The notes below the pieces were generated by a model. The model worked only from the letters and a program-made list of their open reading frames with translations. It was not told the DNA's origin and did not search any database. A DNA stretch of 64,000 nt. Source: an uncultured Bacteroidota bacterium. Lineage in GTDB: Bacteria > Bacteroidota > Bacteroidia > Chitinophagales > Chitinophagaceae. The position numbers and the translations under genes were made by a program. The stretch spans positions 10,270-74,269 of the forward strand of contig CADEDV010000006.1 in assembly GCA_902826165.1 (NCBI GenBank), read 5' to 3'. Positions 28,846 through 38,678 of this stretch are shown in pieces; the first letter of the stretch is position 1; each line of letters begins with the position of its first letter.

Positions 28846-31185
28846 ATGCAACAGCAAATGCTGCGCCTTGATCCCCGCTATTTTCAGGTTATTTTCCAGA
28901 TTATTTTTTTAAGCTATGGAATACTGATCCTTGGCTGGGAAGCTGATTGGCAACATATTAGTATCAGTATTGCCGGCTGCCTATTGTTTCAGTATGCAGC
29001 TGATTCGATAAAAGCAAAAAGACTGTTGAAGCCCCATGAATTTGACCGCTGGGGCTTCAGTGTTTTGATCAGTGCCATGAGTTTGTGTCTTTTACTGAAA
29101 ACAAACAGCTGGTCAGTCAGCCTGTTAGCAGCATTTTTAACTGTTGCATCTAAGTATGTTTTTCGCTGGAACCAAAAACATATTTTCAACCCATCAGCCT
29201 TTGGTATCGTGGCCTGTTTATTTTTTACCAATGATGCCTGGCTGAGCCCGGGACAATGGGGTAGTGATACCGTTATATTCTTTACTGTTATCACATTGGG
29301 AACGATCGTTGTAACAAGAGTGCAGAAGTTGGACATTTCTTTAGCTTTTCTTTTCACTTTCATAGGTCTTTTATACTGGAGACAGGTTTATGTACTTGGC
29401 TGGCCCATGGATCATTTTATACATTCTGTCAGTACAGGCAGTCTTTTATTGTTTACCTTTTTTATGATCAGCGACCCGAGAACATCACCCAATCATCCGC
29501 TGGCAAGAATACTCTGGGCAGTATTGATAGCTGTTGCTGCCTTTTACCTCGCTGCTTTTAAATGGAAGTATAATACTCCCATCTGGATATTGGTTGCAGC
29601 AGCTCCGCTGGTTCCTTTATTAGATAAAATTTTTAAATCGAAAAACTTTAGTTGGTCTCCTGCTGTGCTATCGTTCTCATTCATTTTAAAACTAAAACAT
29701 ATAGTCATGAAGCCAATTTTGAAAAAAGGAGCTGCGGTGATCATCCTCACCGCCATGATCGGGCACGAAGCCGCTGCATTCTGCGGCTTCTATGTCAGCA
29801 AAGCAGATGGAACGCTGAAGAACAAAACTTCACAGGTCATCCTGGTGCGGGACGGCAACCGGAACGTGATCACAATGTACAATGATTTTAAAGGCAACCT
29901 GAAAGATTTTGCCATGGTGGTGCCTGTGCCGGTGGTGCTACAGAAAAAAGATATTAAAGTGGTTGACCAGTCCATTTTTAATACTCTAAATGAATATAGT
30001 AAACCAAGGCTGGTTGAATATTATGACCAGAACCCATGTAACCGATATATGGAGGACAAATTAAGTGGAAGTGTGCCCGGCCTTCAGCTAAATGAGGTCG
30101 TCGTAACAGGTTATGGTACAGCCAAGCGAAAAGATCTGGGTGTAAGAGTCGAAGCTAAATACCTTGTTGGCGAATATGATATACTTATTCTTAGCGCTAA
30201 AGAAAGTTCTGGGTTAAAAACCTGGCTGGATGAAAATGGGTATAAAATCCCTGCTGGTGCTGATGAGGTACTGGAACCTTATATCAAAAGCAACCTGAAA
30301 TTTTTTGTGGTAAAAGTCAACGAGGAAGAAAAGAAAAAACTGCCCGGTAATTTTCTTCGCCCGTTACAGATCAGTTTTACATCCCCAAAGTTCATGTTAC
30401 CCATTCGCCTGGGTATGGCGAATGCAGATGGCGACCAGGATATGATCGTATATGCCTTTACTAAAAAAGGAAGAATAGAAGCAACCAACTACAGGACACT
30501 TTCATTACCCACTTCCAAGAATGTCCCCTTGTTTGTAAAAAATAACTTTGGAAATTTCTATGCTAACCTTTTCCAGCATCAATGGAGTAAAGAAGGAAAA
30601 GCATTAGCCATGCTGGAATACGCCTGGGATGTGAGTCCGAAGAATTATGTGAAGTGTGACCCCTGTGTGGCTACTGCACCTTCAACACAAGACCTTGTGC
30701 AAGCTGGTGTATGGTGGATCAACCGCGACTGGAATGATTACAGCGACGTGGATGATAACGAAGACCTTGATTATTCAGATAATGTTTATTTTACCCGCCT
30801 GCATGTACGTTACAACCGGGATAAGTTTCCGCAGGACCTGGTGTTCCAGGTTACACCCAATACAGAGAGCTACCAGGCGAGATATATTATCACACATCCC
30901 GCTACCGGCGACTTTAATTGTGATGCCGGTAAAAAATACCTGAAGGATTTGAAGCAACGCCGTTCCGATGAAATGGAAATGCTGGCTTATTTAACCGGTA
31001 ACACCTATAAAGACTGGGATGTGGTGCTGAATGAGGAAGAAGAAAAATTCATTCCCGCAGAGGCAGGATATGCATCAGTTGCTGAAACGATTACTGATCA
31101 GCCTAAAAGAAATAACACACTATTGTTTGCTACTATTGGTGTAATGGGCGTGGTGTCATTGATCGGGTTCAGGCAACGAAGCTGA
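28846..31185 (+). CDS. RnfD/NqrB-like membrane domain in frame with an exported DUF2330-like domain and a C-terminal TM anchor
   Basis: Residues about 1-285 are polytopic, with FNPSAFG and MISDPRTSP motifs (NQR2/RnfD/RnfE-like). An internal ATG at 29707 opens a signal-peptide-like segment (MKPILKKGAAVIILTAMIGHEAAAFCGFYVSK), followed by about 490 aa of soluble domain and a terminal TM helix with basic tail. No stop codon separates the two parts. Confidence 0.7.
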   Translation: MQQQMLRLDPRYFQVIFQIIFLSYGILILGWEADWQHISISIAGCLLFQYAADSIKAKRLLKPHEFDRWGFSVLISAMSLCLLLKTNSWSVSLLAAFLTVASKYVFRWNQKHIFNPSAFGIVACLFFTNDAWLSPGQWGSDTVIFFTVITLGTIVVTRVQKLDISLAFLFTFIGLLYWRQVYVLGWPMDHFIHSVSTGSLLLFTFFMISDPRTSPNHPLARILWAVLIAVAAFYLAAFKWKYNTPIWILVAAAPLVPLLDKIFKSKNFSWSPAVLSFSFILKLKHIVMKPILKKGAAVIILTAMIGHEAAAFCGFYVSKADGTLKNKTSQVILVRDGNRNVITMYNDFKGNLKDFAMVVPVPVVLQKKDIKVVDQSIFNTLNEYSKPRLVEYYDQNPCNRYMEDKLSGSVPGLQLNEVVVTGYGTAKRKDLGVRVEAKYLVGEYDILILSAKESSGLKTWLDENGYKIPAGADEVLEPYIKSNLKFFVVKVNEEEKKKLPGNFLRPLQISFTSPKFMLPIRLGMANADGDQDMIVYAFTKKGRIEATNYRTLSLPTSKNVPLFVKNNFGNFYANLFQHQWSKEGKALAMLEYAWDVSPKNYVKCDPCVATAPSTQDLVQAGVWWINRDWNDYSDVDDNEDLDYSDNVYFTRLHVRYNRDKFPQDLVFQVTPNTESYQARYIITHPATGDFNCDAGKKYLKDLKQRRSDEMEMLAYLTGNTYKDWDVVLNEEEEKFIPAEAGYASVAETITDQPKRNNTLLFATIGVMGVVSLIGFRQRS

Positions 31186-31224
31186 TAGCATAATGTTCAC
31201 TATGAAAGTTCATACACATAAAAA

Positions 31225-31250
31225 AGCCCCGGTTTCATAAAACCGGGGCT
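31225..31250. terminator. bidirectional hairpin terminator
   Basis: Stem agccccggtt/aaccggggct with loop tcataa, preceded by an A-run and lying between convergent genes. Confidence 0.75.
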
Positions 31251-31279
31251 TATAATTACCATTAGCCCTAAAACGTTTT

Positions 31280-31678
31280 TTAGTTACGGCCTCCGCCACC
31301 CGGGCCACGCCTTGGATTCATAGCTGGCTCAATATCATTTTTCCAGATGGTGAATTTATCATCCCCTAATAACACTTTTAATTCTTTATCCCTTCCATCT
31401 GTAATCGGCTGCATCCTATCACGCAATACCTGCATATCGGGGCGTTCGCCACCACTCATCAATTCTTGTCTTACTGCATCCTGCTTGCGGTAAAAACTTG
31501 CAAACACGGTATCTATCTGGGCCTGTTTGGCTGCATCTAAATGAAAGGCACTATCCAGCTTTTGGTGAACTATCGCCACTCTTTCTTCAACAGTACGGCG
31601 GAAACCACCACCCGGCTGTGCATTAACGCTGATGAATCCTGCCATTATAAATGCAAGGAACAGAACTTGTTTTTTCAT
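31280..31678 (-). CDS. periplasmic helical protein (Spy/CpxP- or DUF4890-like)
   Basis: 132 aa with a signal peptide, Gly-rich ends (QPGGGFRR, RRGPGGGGRN) and a helical core. It is the last gene of the ECF sigma operon. Confidence 0.5.
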   Translation of the reverse strand: MKKQVLFLAFIMAGFISVNAQPGGGFRRTVEERVAIVHQKLDSAFHLDAAKQAQIDTVFASFYRKQDAVRQELMSGGERPDMQVLRDRMQPITDGRDKELKVLLGDDKFTIWKNDIEPAMNPRRGPGGGGRN

Positions 31679-31722
31679 GTTGTTATTTGTGTTTTGTGTG
31701 ATTAAACGATGTGAAAGTTACT

Positions 31723-32238
31723 TTAGTTTTTTTTAGGCTCAGCCGCGGGTTCACCTCTTTTCATTTGCTTGCCCATTTTTTTGAACATCCTGAAAATAGC
31801 CGAATCATACTTTACAGCCTGCGCCTGGTCCTTGCATAACGCCCTGACATTTTTAAAATGATTGAATGTCTGCAAGTCCAGTGCTTTTTGTTTTTGTGCA
31901 ATTATATCGGCCACACTATTCACAACAGAGTCGCTGATCCCCGGGTTTGTCATCAACCGGAACAAGCTATCTTTTGCTTTCCGCATTTCATCGAACATGG
32001 GTTTTACTGTTTTCTCCTGCAAATCTTTCAGTTGTTTATATTGTACGATCTGCTCATCAGTAAACCCGGCTTCTTTCTGTAGCATATCTATCACCATACC
32101 GGCTCTTTTTTCCTGGGTGAAACGGTTTCGCTCAACTGGTTTCTTAAACCATAAGAAATAAGCCAGCACAGCAATATTCGTCAGCAATAAAACTACAATG
32201 ATGAAGACCAGGTTTTTATTTCGGGATGTAGTACTCAT
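31723..32238 (-). CDS. membrane-anchored Spy/CpxP-like periplasmic protein
   Basis: 171 aa with an N-terminal TM helix and repeated L..EQ/L..KQ-type helical segments. ATGA overlap with the upstream anti-sigma-like gene. Confidence 0.5.
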   Translation of the reverse strand: MSTTSRNKNLVFIIVVLLLTNIAVLAYFLWFKKPVERNRFTQEKRAGMVIDMLQKEAGFTDEQIVQYKQLKDLQEKTVKPMFDEMRKAKDSLFRLMTNPGISDSVVNSVADIIAQKQKALDLQTFNHFKNVRALCKDQAQAVKYDSAIFRMFKKMGKQMKRGEPAAEPKKN

Positions 32239-32585
32239 GGACGGTCGATGTTTTCATAATCAAAACTACTGTTAGTAGCCAGCACATATTCATTATCAGT
32301 TACCAGCTGTTCTGTTTGATCGGCTACAAAGCCTCCATTGGTGGTTGTTACATCCTGGCGCAACACCATAAAGGCATTAACCAGCAGGATAACAAAAAGG
32401 CCCGCAATAACAACAACCGGCCGGGAAATGAATGAACCCATGGTTTCCCATATCGTTTTTTCATTGCGTTGCAGCCGGCCTGTCAACCGGGTATAGAAGA
32501 ACGGTTGTGGTTCAGCCCGCTGAATGCCATCAAGGCTTTCAAGGGTTTCCTGTACTTTTTTGTCAATGTCGGGTCTCATTTTCAT
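32235..32585 (-). CDS. putative anti-sigma factor (single-pass membrane protein)
   Basis: 116 aa with a single central TM helix. Lies immediately downstream of the ECF sigma gene. The call is positional. Confidence 0.5.
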   Translation of the reverse strand: MKMRPDIDKKVQETLESLDGIQRAEPQPFFYTRLTGRLQRNEKTIWETMGSFISRPVVVIAGLFVILLVNAFMVLRQDVTTTNGGFVADQTEQLVTDNEYVLATNSSFDYENIDRP

Positions 32586-32626
32586 ATTCGTTTAGTTTGA
32601 CGTTGGCTGGTCTCTAAAACCTGTGC

Positions 32627-33199
32627 CTATTCTTTGTCTTTATAATAATCTTCCAGCTTCTTTTTCAGGTTGGTCTTGGCCCGGTGCATCAGCGATTCCA
32701 CCGAAGACACTGTAGTCTCCATTACCTCCGCAACTTCCTGATAACTAAGGCCATCTACCTTATGAAGAGTGAAGGCGACCCGCTGGTTTCCTGGCAGCTC
32801 TGCGATAGTTTTAAACAATGTAGCTGCTTTTTCCTTTTTATCCAATACCACCCCGGGATGATTAAAATCAGGTGGATTGACCACTACTTCGCTGTCTTCT
32901 CCAAAAAGGCTCCGGACAAACCCGAAACGCTTCTTGCGTTTCTTCCTCCGTTCATGGTCCAATGCCTTGGCAATAGTAATCCGGTACAACCAGGTAGAGA
33001 ACTTGGACTCCCCTTTAAAAGAACCAACCGACTGGTACACCTGTACAAAGGTTTCCTGCGCTATATCTTCCGCATCTTCGGCATTTTGTACAATACCCAA
33101 AGCTGTGTTGTAGACCATGTTTTGCCAGGTCTCAACAATAGTTTTAAAAGCGGATTCATCTCCCTGCTTCAGTTGTTCGACTAATATCCTTTCATCCAA
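32627..33199 (-). CDS. ECF-type RNA polymerase sigma-70 factor
   Basis: Region 2 (AEDIAQETFVQVY, FSTWLYRI) and region 4 (LPGNQRVAFTLHKVDGLSYQEVAEVMETTVSSVESLMHRAK). Confidence 0.9.
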   Translation of the reverse strand: MDERILVEQLKQGDESAFKTIVETWQNMVYNTALGIVQNAEDAEDIAQETFVQVYQSVGSFKGESKFSTWLYRITIAKALDHERRKKRKKRFGFVRSLFGEDSEVVVNPPDFNHPGVVLDKKEKAATLFKTIAELPGNQRVAFTLHKVDGLSYQEVAEVMETTVSSVESLMHRAKTNLKKKLEDYYKDKE

Positions 33200-33279
33200 G
33201 CGTTGCGTTTTTAGCAGGCAACGATATTACGCAAATTTTCTATTGAACAGGTTGGCTTTGGTAATAATATTGCTATTGA

Positions 33280-36132
33280 TTAAAACATGGGCATACGATC
33301 TCTTCTCTCCTGGTTATTGGAAGCTTTGGCTTTGCCAAAATTCTTTAAACTATAAGCGAAGGTCATCATGAAGTATTGTTTCAGCACCAGGTTCTGTACA
33401 TCCTGCACATATGAATCACCCACCGTTCTCGTGATACTCTGGTTTTGTTTTAACAGATCAAAGACAGTCAGTTTCAATTCACCTCTCCTGTCTTTCAGGA
33501 ATTTTTTTCCAACCCCCGCATTCCATAACCAGAAACTCTGGTTGAATCCCTCTGATAAACCACTGTAGGTTTGATTACTGATATCATTCTGCAGGAACCA
33601 GCCGGATTTCGATAACAGGTTTAACTGCACACCTGCCGATTGGGTTATATAATTCTGATTCAGCTGCGGTTGTACTGTATTTTTTACAGTATTAAAATTC
33701 GCATTGTATGATACATTGAAGTCGATCCGTTCGCTGATATTGCTCGCAATAACAATTCCGGTACTATAGGTGTAAGTGTTAGAAACAGTGCTTACATTAT
33801 TTACCAGGCCGGGTACTTTACTATAGGTAAATCCGGCATTCAGGTTCACATTTGATTTAATGAATTTAATGGGTTGGCCATAGGTAAAGAATGAACGGAA
33901 ACTCCAGTAACCGTCCAGGTTCACCGGTTTAGTGATCTGTGATCCTTTGTACAAGACAATACCGGGTGCCAGCAATGAATCTGTTGCGGCCGTATAGGTA
34001 GCATTAGCGACATAGTCATTAGCTCTTTGCACAAAGACATTGGCAAAAAGACTTTGCCCCTTTTGGGTGTTGGTATACGTGTAACGGCCTGATAATGTAT
34101 GTGTGTATTGCTGATCCAGTTCCGGGTTACCGGTACTCATTCGTAACTGGTTGCTATTATCGATCACATTCTGTAATTGATTGACCGATGGGGCATTGAC
34201 TGAACCCCGGTAGAATAAACGGATATTACTGCGGGCTGATAATTTCCTGCGAAACTGAATATTGGACAGCAGATTAGAAAAACTCCTGTCTACGGCTGCA
34301 ATCTCCGGGAATACCTGGTCACTTTTCAGGGATGAATTTTGATAACTGACACCTACGGAAAATTGATTATCCCTGTCACCAATCCGGTAAGTGATCCCTC
34401 CGTTCTGTGTATTATATGTATTATCAAACTTGTTGGAAAGAGTGGTATCAAAGATGGAATATTTACCGCCCACCTCATCAAACTGGTAGGTCACTTTATC
34501 CGCTTTATTCGTGGTAAATGATGGATTGAAGTTGAATTGTAACTGTCCTTTTTTACCAACCGGTTCCGTATAAACAATATTGGTGGAAATCGTCCGACCA
34601 CTGGTCTTGTTATCGGAATATTGCTGCAGCGAGTCGTTCACATTACCGCTGTTATAGTATTTATTAACTGACTCAACATAGGTTTCACCTGATCTTTCAT
34701 TAAAACTGGTATTCAGGTTCAGCGAGATCATTCTTCCTCTTTTAGCAAAGGCGTGGCGATATAAAATATTATTATTGAAATTATATCCTGAGTTCAATGT
34801 ATTTGTCCTGCTGTTTGATTCGCTTTGAAGACCCGTCAGCAGGTCATAGTAGCTGGCGCTGCTGATAACACTCCGGTTATCATTTTTCTGGAAACTGATA
34901 TTGGGTGTTATGATAATTGTATTCGATGAGTCGATCTTGTACTCCATCCGGAAATTGATCCGGTGATTATAATTACTGACTTTAGTAAGGGAAGTATCAT
35001 CCAGGAATAAAGTAGAGTCTGCTTTTACAAATGATTGTGTACCCGAGAACCTGTTATTATCGGTGTTGCTGTTATTAAAGAAATAGCTTCCGCTTACATC
35101 GATCTTTGAGCCCCATTTATCCGAATAGTTGATGCCTATTGCATTGGTTTTGCTGATACCGCTTTGCTGGCCCACCACGAAATTATCACTGCCGCCTCTA
35201 AAATTTCCACCACCACGGTTAGCACCTCCGCCCCTGTTACCACCACCACGATTACCGCCGCTGCTGCTGGTAAGGCCCAACAGATCCTGTGAGCCAAAAT
35301 TTTGCTGGTTAATATTGTTTGTCAGGCCGACTAAGGAAATACGGCGGTTGTTTTTAAAGAAGCTCATATTACCACCCGCCTGGTACCTGCTGTCTGTACC
35401 GATTCCGGCATATACCCGGCCAAACTGTCCATTACTTATACCTGATTTGGTAATAATATTAAGAGCCCGTTGCGAATTGCCATCATCCACCCCGGTGAGT
35501 TGTGCCTGATCACTCAACCTGTCAAACACCTGTATCTTATCCACTACTTCGGAGGGAAGATTTCTTAAAGCAGCCGAAGCATCATCCCCAAAAAAATCCC
35601 GGCCATCAATCGTCACTTTTCTTACCTGCTCGCCTTGTGCGGTCACTGTTCCGTCCCTGTCAACAGTGATACCCGGCATTTTCTTTACCAGGTCTTCCAC
35701 CGTTGCATCCGGGTTTACTTTGAACTGGCTTGCATTATATTGTGTAGTATCTCCTTTTTGTTGTGCGGGCGGCACTTTTGATATCACAGTTACACCTCCA
35801 ATCTCCCTGGTTGACTTGGGAACAAATAAAGAACCGAGATCAACATTAGGAATTGAATCGGTAACATCGGCGAATTGTTTGAAATTCTCATAGCCGATAA
35901 AACTTATTTGTAAAGTATAAGAACCTACAGATACGTTACTAAAAAGGAAATCGCCTTTACTGTCTGAAATCACATTATAGCGGTTCATTGAATCTTTGAC
36001 AGACCGCAACTGAAGCGTGGCTCCGGCCAGTGGCTTATTATCAATGAGGTCCAGCAATTTTCCTTTAATACTTTGAGCCTGAACTATTACCGTGAATACT
36101 ATCAGCACCAACAGGAACAGAATTTTCCGCAT
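33280..36132 (-). CDS. outer-membrane beta-barrel protein (TonB-dependent-receptor-like, CarboxypepD_reg N-domain)
   Basis: Signal peptide from MRKILFLLVL (ATG 36132). Has a CarboxypepD_reg-like domain (IKGKLLD...LAGATLQL), a plug-like segment (DLVKKMPGITVDRDGTVTAQGE) and a long alternating beta-strand region ending in an aromatic residue (MF). Confidence 0.8.
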   Translation of the reverse strand: MRKILFLLVLIVFTVIVQAQSIKGKLLDLIDNKPLAGATLQLRSVKDSMNRYNVISDSKGDFLFSNVSVGSYTLQISFIGYENFKQFADVTDSIPNVDLGSLFVPKSTREIGGVTVISKVPPAQQKGDTTQYNASQFKVNPDATVEDLVKKMPGITVDRDGTVTAQGEQVRKVTIDGRDFFGDDASAALRNLPSEVVDKIQVFDRLSDQAQLTGVDDGNSQRALNIITKSGISNGQFGRVYAGIGTDSRYQAGGNMSFFKNNRRISLVGLTNNINQQNFGSQDLLGLTSSSGGNRGGGNRGGGANRGGGNFRGGSDNFVVGQQSGISKTNAIGINYSDKWGSKIDVSGSYFFNNSNTDNNRFSGTQSFVKADSTLFLDDTSLTKVSNYNHRINFRMEYKIDSSNTIIITPNISFQKNDNRSVISSASYYDLLTGLQSESNSRTNTLNSGYNFNNNILYRHAFAKRGRMISLNLNTSFNERSGETYVESVNKYYNSGNVNDSLQQYSDNKTSGRTISTNIVYTEPVGKKGQLQFNFNPSFTTNKADKVTYQFDEVGGKYSIFDTTLSNKFDNTYNTQNGGITYRIGDRDNQFSVGVSYQNSSLKSDQVFPEIAAVDRSFSNLLSNIQFRRKLSARSNIRLFYRGSVNAPSVNQLQNVIDNSNQLRMSTGNPELDQQYTHTLSGRYTYTNTQKGQSLFANVFVQRANDYVANATYTAATDSLLAPGIVLYKGSQITKPVNLDGYWSFRSFFTYGQPIKFIKSNVNLNAGFTYSKVPGLVNNVSTVSNTYTYSTGIVIASNISERIDFNVSYNANFNTVKNTVQPQLNQNYITQSAGVQLNLLSKSGWFLQNDISNQTYSGLSEGFNQSFWLWNAGVGKKFLKDRRGELKLTVFDLLKQNQSITRTVGDSYVQDVQNLVLKQYFMMTFAYSLKNFGKAKASNNQERRDRMPMF

Positions 36133-36294
36133 AAGATTTATAATTACAGTTATTGGACGTCTATAAACAGGCAAACCTTCGTAACCACCACAGTTGACGG
36201 GAATAACGGCATTTTAGCGAGAAGGTTTACTATAATATCCTCATTTCCCGGAACTAAAGTATCTTGCAGCTCCTTAATAATTATTTAAACGTAT

Positions 36295-36870
36295 ATGGAG
36301 TACAGTAAACTTGTTGCCGTAACCGGTTTGCCCGGTTTGTTTGAGCTGATCAATAGTAAAAATGACGGGGCCATTGTTCGCTCCCTGGAAGACCAAAGCA
36401 CCCGTTTTGTGTCAAATCGTATTCACCAGTTTTCGCAATTGGAAAGCATCGAGGTGTATACCGTTCGTGATAACGTGAACCTGGTAGATGTTTTTAATGC
36501 GATGGATAAAGCTGGCATTGCTTTGCCGGATGATAAAGATGCAGCGGCTGTAAAAAAATATTTCGAGAAAGCATTTCCTGATATGGATTTCGAAAGGGTG
36601 TATAACAGCGATATGAAGAAAATGGTGAAGTGGTTCGCTGTTTTGAAAAAGAATAATATCGAGATCAAACTGACAGAGTTCCCTGAAGAAGAGATGGAGG
36701 AAGTAAAAGAAGAAGTAGTTGTGGCAGAAGAAAAAAAGCCGGCGAAGAAAGCAGCAAAGAAAAAAGAAGTAACAGAAGATGTTGCTGAAGAAAAACCAGC
36801 CAAAAAGAAGGCTGCTAAAGCTGATACAGAAGAAGCCCCCAAGAAAAAAGCAGCTCCTAAAAAGAAATAA
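36295..36870 (+). CDS. DUF5606-like protein with a histone-H1-like Lys/Ala-rich tail
   Basis: 191 aa. N-terminal LVAVTGLPGLFELI...RSLED resembles DUF5606 (from memory). The C-terminal 48 aa are AKK/PKK repeats. Confidence 0.6.
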   Translation: MEYSKLVAVTGLPGLFELINSKNDGAIVRSLEDQSTRFVSNRIHQFSQLESIEVYTVRDNVNLVDVFNAMDKAGIALPDDKDAAAVKKYFEKAFPDMDFERVYNSDMKKMVKWFAVLKKNNIEIKLTEFPEEEMEEVKEEVVVAEEKKPAKKAAKKKEVTEDVAEEKPAKKKAAKADTEEAPKKKAAPKKK

Positions 36871-36944
36871 GCAAACTTATTTTCATAACCAAGCTACCGG
36901 CTCCGGGCATTTGCCCGTGTTTGTAGCTTGTTCTTTTTATTATC

Positions 36945-38678
36945 ATGATCATGAATACTGCCGCAGTGATACAAAAGTTACCCCGTCATTTTTTACCCGC
37001 TGACTTTGTGGTAAAAGATTGGGCCACCCTGGAACCTTATTTTAAAAACCTGGATGAAAGAGTTATCAACTCTTTAACGAGCCTGGAACAATGGCTCAAA
37101 GATGCCAGTGAACTGGAAGCTGTTATCAGCGAGGATGCTTGCTGGAGACAGATCCGCATGACCTGCGATACAGAAAATAAAGAACTGGAAGAAGCATTCA
37201 CGTTCTTTATGATGGAGATACAACCACAGGTCCAGCCCTGGTCAGATAAGTTGAATAAGAAACTGCTGGATTGCCCTTTTACCAAAGAACTTGATCCGGA
37301 AAAATATTTTACCTACCTGCGGAATGTAAAAAAGAATATTGACCTGTTCCGGGAAGCCAATATTCCCATCCAGGCCGACCTGAATGTGATGCAGCAACAG
37401 TTTGGCGTAATTGCCGGAAAAATGACCGTGCAGGTAAACGGCCAGGAATACACCCTGCAACAAGCCGCTAAGTTTTTAGAGGACCCCAACAGGGAGTTAA
37501 GAGAAGAAGTGTACCGTAAGATCAACGACCGGAGATTAGCGGATAAAAAGCAGTTGAATGATCTGTATTCAAACCTGCTGAAGAAACGTCACCAGGTGGC
37601 ATTGAATACAGGCTTTACCAATTACCGTGATTTTCGTTTTGCTGAACTGGGTCGCTTTGATTACAGCAAAGAAGATTGTTTCCAGTTTCATGAAGCGGTC
37701 AAACTTCATGTAATGCCGCTGGTGAACCTGATCTATGAAGCAAAAAAGAAAAAACTGGGTCTTGATAGCCTGCGACCCTGGGATGTGGAAGCAGAACCAG
37801 CCGGTATACAACCACTCCGCCCTTTTAAAACCGGAGAAGAGCTTACAGAAAAGACCATTGCCTGTTTCTCCAAACTGCGTCCCTTTTTTGCGGAGTGTTT
37901 GCAACAAATGAAAGCCATGGGCCACCTGGACCTGGAAAGCAGGAAAGGAAAAGCACCGGGCGGATATAATTGCCCATTGGCTGAAAGTGGCGCCCCCTTC
38001 ATTTTTATGAATGCAGCCGGCCAGTTGGATGATGTGACGACCATGGTTCACGAAGGTGGTCATGCTATTCATTCCTTTTTATCGCATGACCTGGAACTGA
38101 ATGGCTTCAAAGAATACCCTACCGAAATAGCAGAAGTGGCCAGTATGAGTATGGAACTCTTCAGCATGGACCACTGGGACGTGTTTTTTGATAGTGAAGA
38201 AGAATTGCTAAGAGCCAAGGAACAGCAACTGGAAAGGGTGATCACTATTTTTCCCTGGATCGCAACCATTGATAAATTCCAGCATTGGGTGTTTGAAAAT
38301 CCCTGGCACACTGAGGAAGAAAGAGCTGCAAAGTGGCTAACTATACTGGATGAATTTTCTTCACCCGTCATTGATTTTTCCGGGCTGGAAGAATATCGCC
38401 GTTATGGCTGGCAAAGGCAACTGCACTTGTTTGAAGTTCCCTTTTATTACATTGAATATGGTATAGCACAACTGGGAGCCATCGGTCTCTGGATGCAGTA
38501 TAAGAAAAACCCGAATGCTGCTGTGGAGAATTATATCAAAGCATTGGACTTGGGCGGCACCCGAACACTACCGGAATTATTCGGAGCGGCCGGCCTTCGT
38601 TTTGACTTTTCCCCTGCACATATCAGTAAATTAATGGGGTTTGTACAGGAGGAAATGCTTGCTTTAGCAAAATCTTAG
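36945..38678 (+). CDS. M3-family oligoendopeptidase (PepF-like)
   Basis: 577 aa with zinc motif HEGGHAIH and downstream EIAEVASM (Glu ligand). Overall PepF-like length. Confidence 0.85.
   Translation: MIMNTAAVIQKLPRHFLPADFVVKDWATLEPYFKNLDERVINSLTSLEQWLKDASELEAVISEDACWRQIRMTCDTENKELEEAFTFFMMEIQPQVQPWSDKLNKKLLDCPFTKELDPEKYFTYLRNVKKNIDLFREANIPIQADLNVMQQQFGVIAGKMTVQVNGQEYTLQQAAKFLEDPNRELREEVYRKINDRRLADKKQLNDLYSNLLKKRHQVALNTGFTNYRDFRFAELGRFDYSKEDCFQFHEAVKLHVMPLVNLIYEAKKKKLGLDSLRPWDVEAEPAGIQPLRPFKTGEELTEKTIACFSKLRPFFAECLQQMKAMGHLDLESRKGKAPGGYNCPLAESGAPFIFMNAAGQLDDVTTMVHEGGHAIHSFLSHDLELNGFKEYPTEIAEVASMSMELFSMDHWDVFFDSEEELLRAKEQQLERVITIFPWIATIDKFQHWVFENPWHTEEERAAKWLTILDEFSSPVIDFSGLEEYRRYGWQRQLHLFEVPFYYIEYGIAQLGAIGLWMQYKKNPNAAVENYIKALDLGGTRTLPELFGAAGLRFDFSPAHISKLMGFVQEEMLALAKS

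Noticed and set aside
35129-35509. Proline-rich 126-aa ORF (PPRLAPPPLLPPPRLPPLLL)
   Set aside because: It is the antisense reading of the Gly/Arg-rich repeat within the outer-membrane barrel gene and is not an independent gene.
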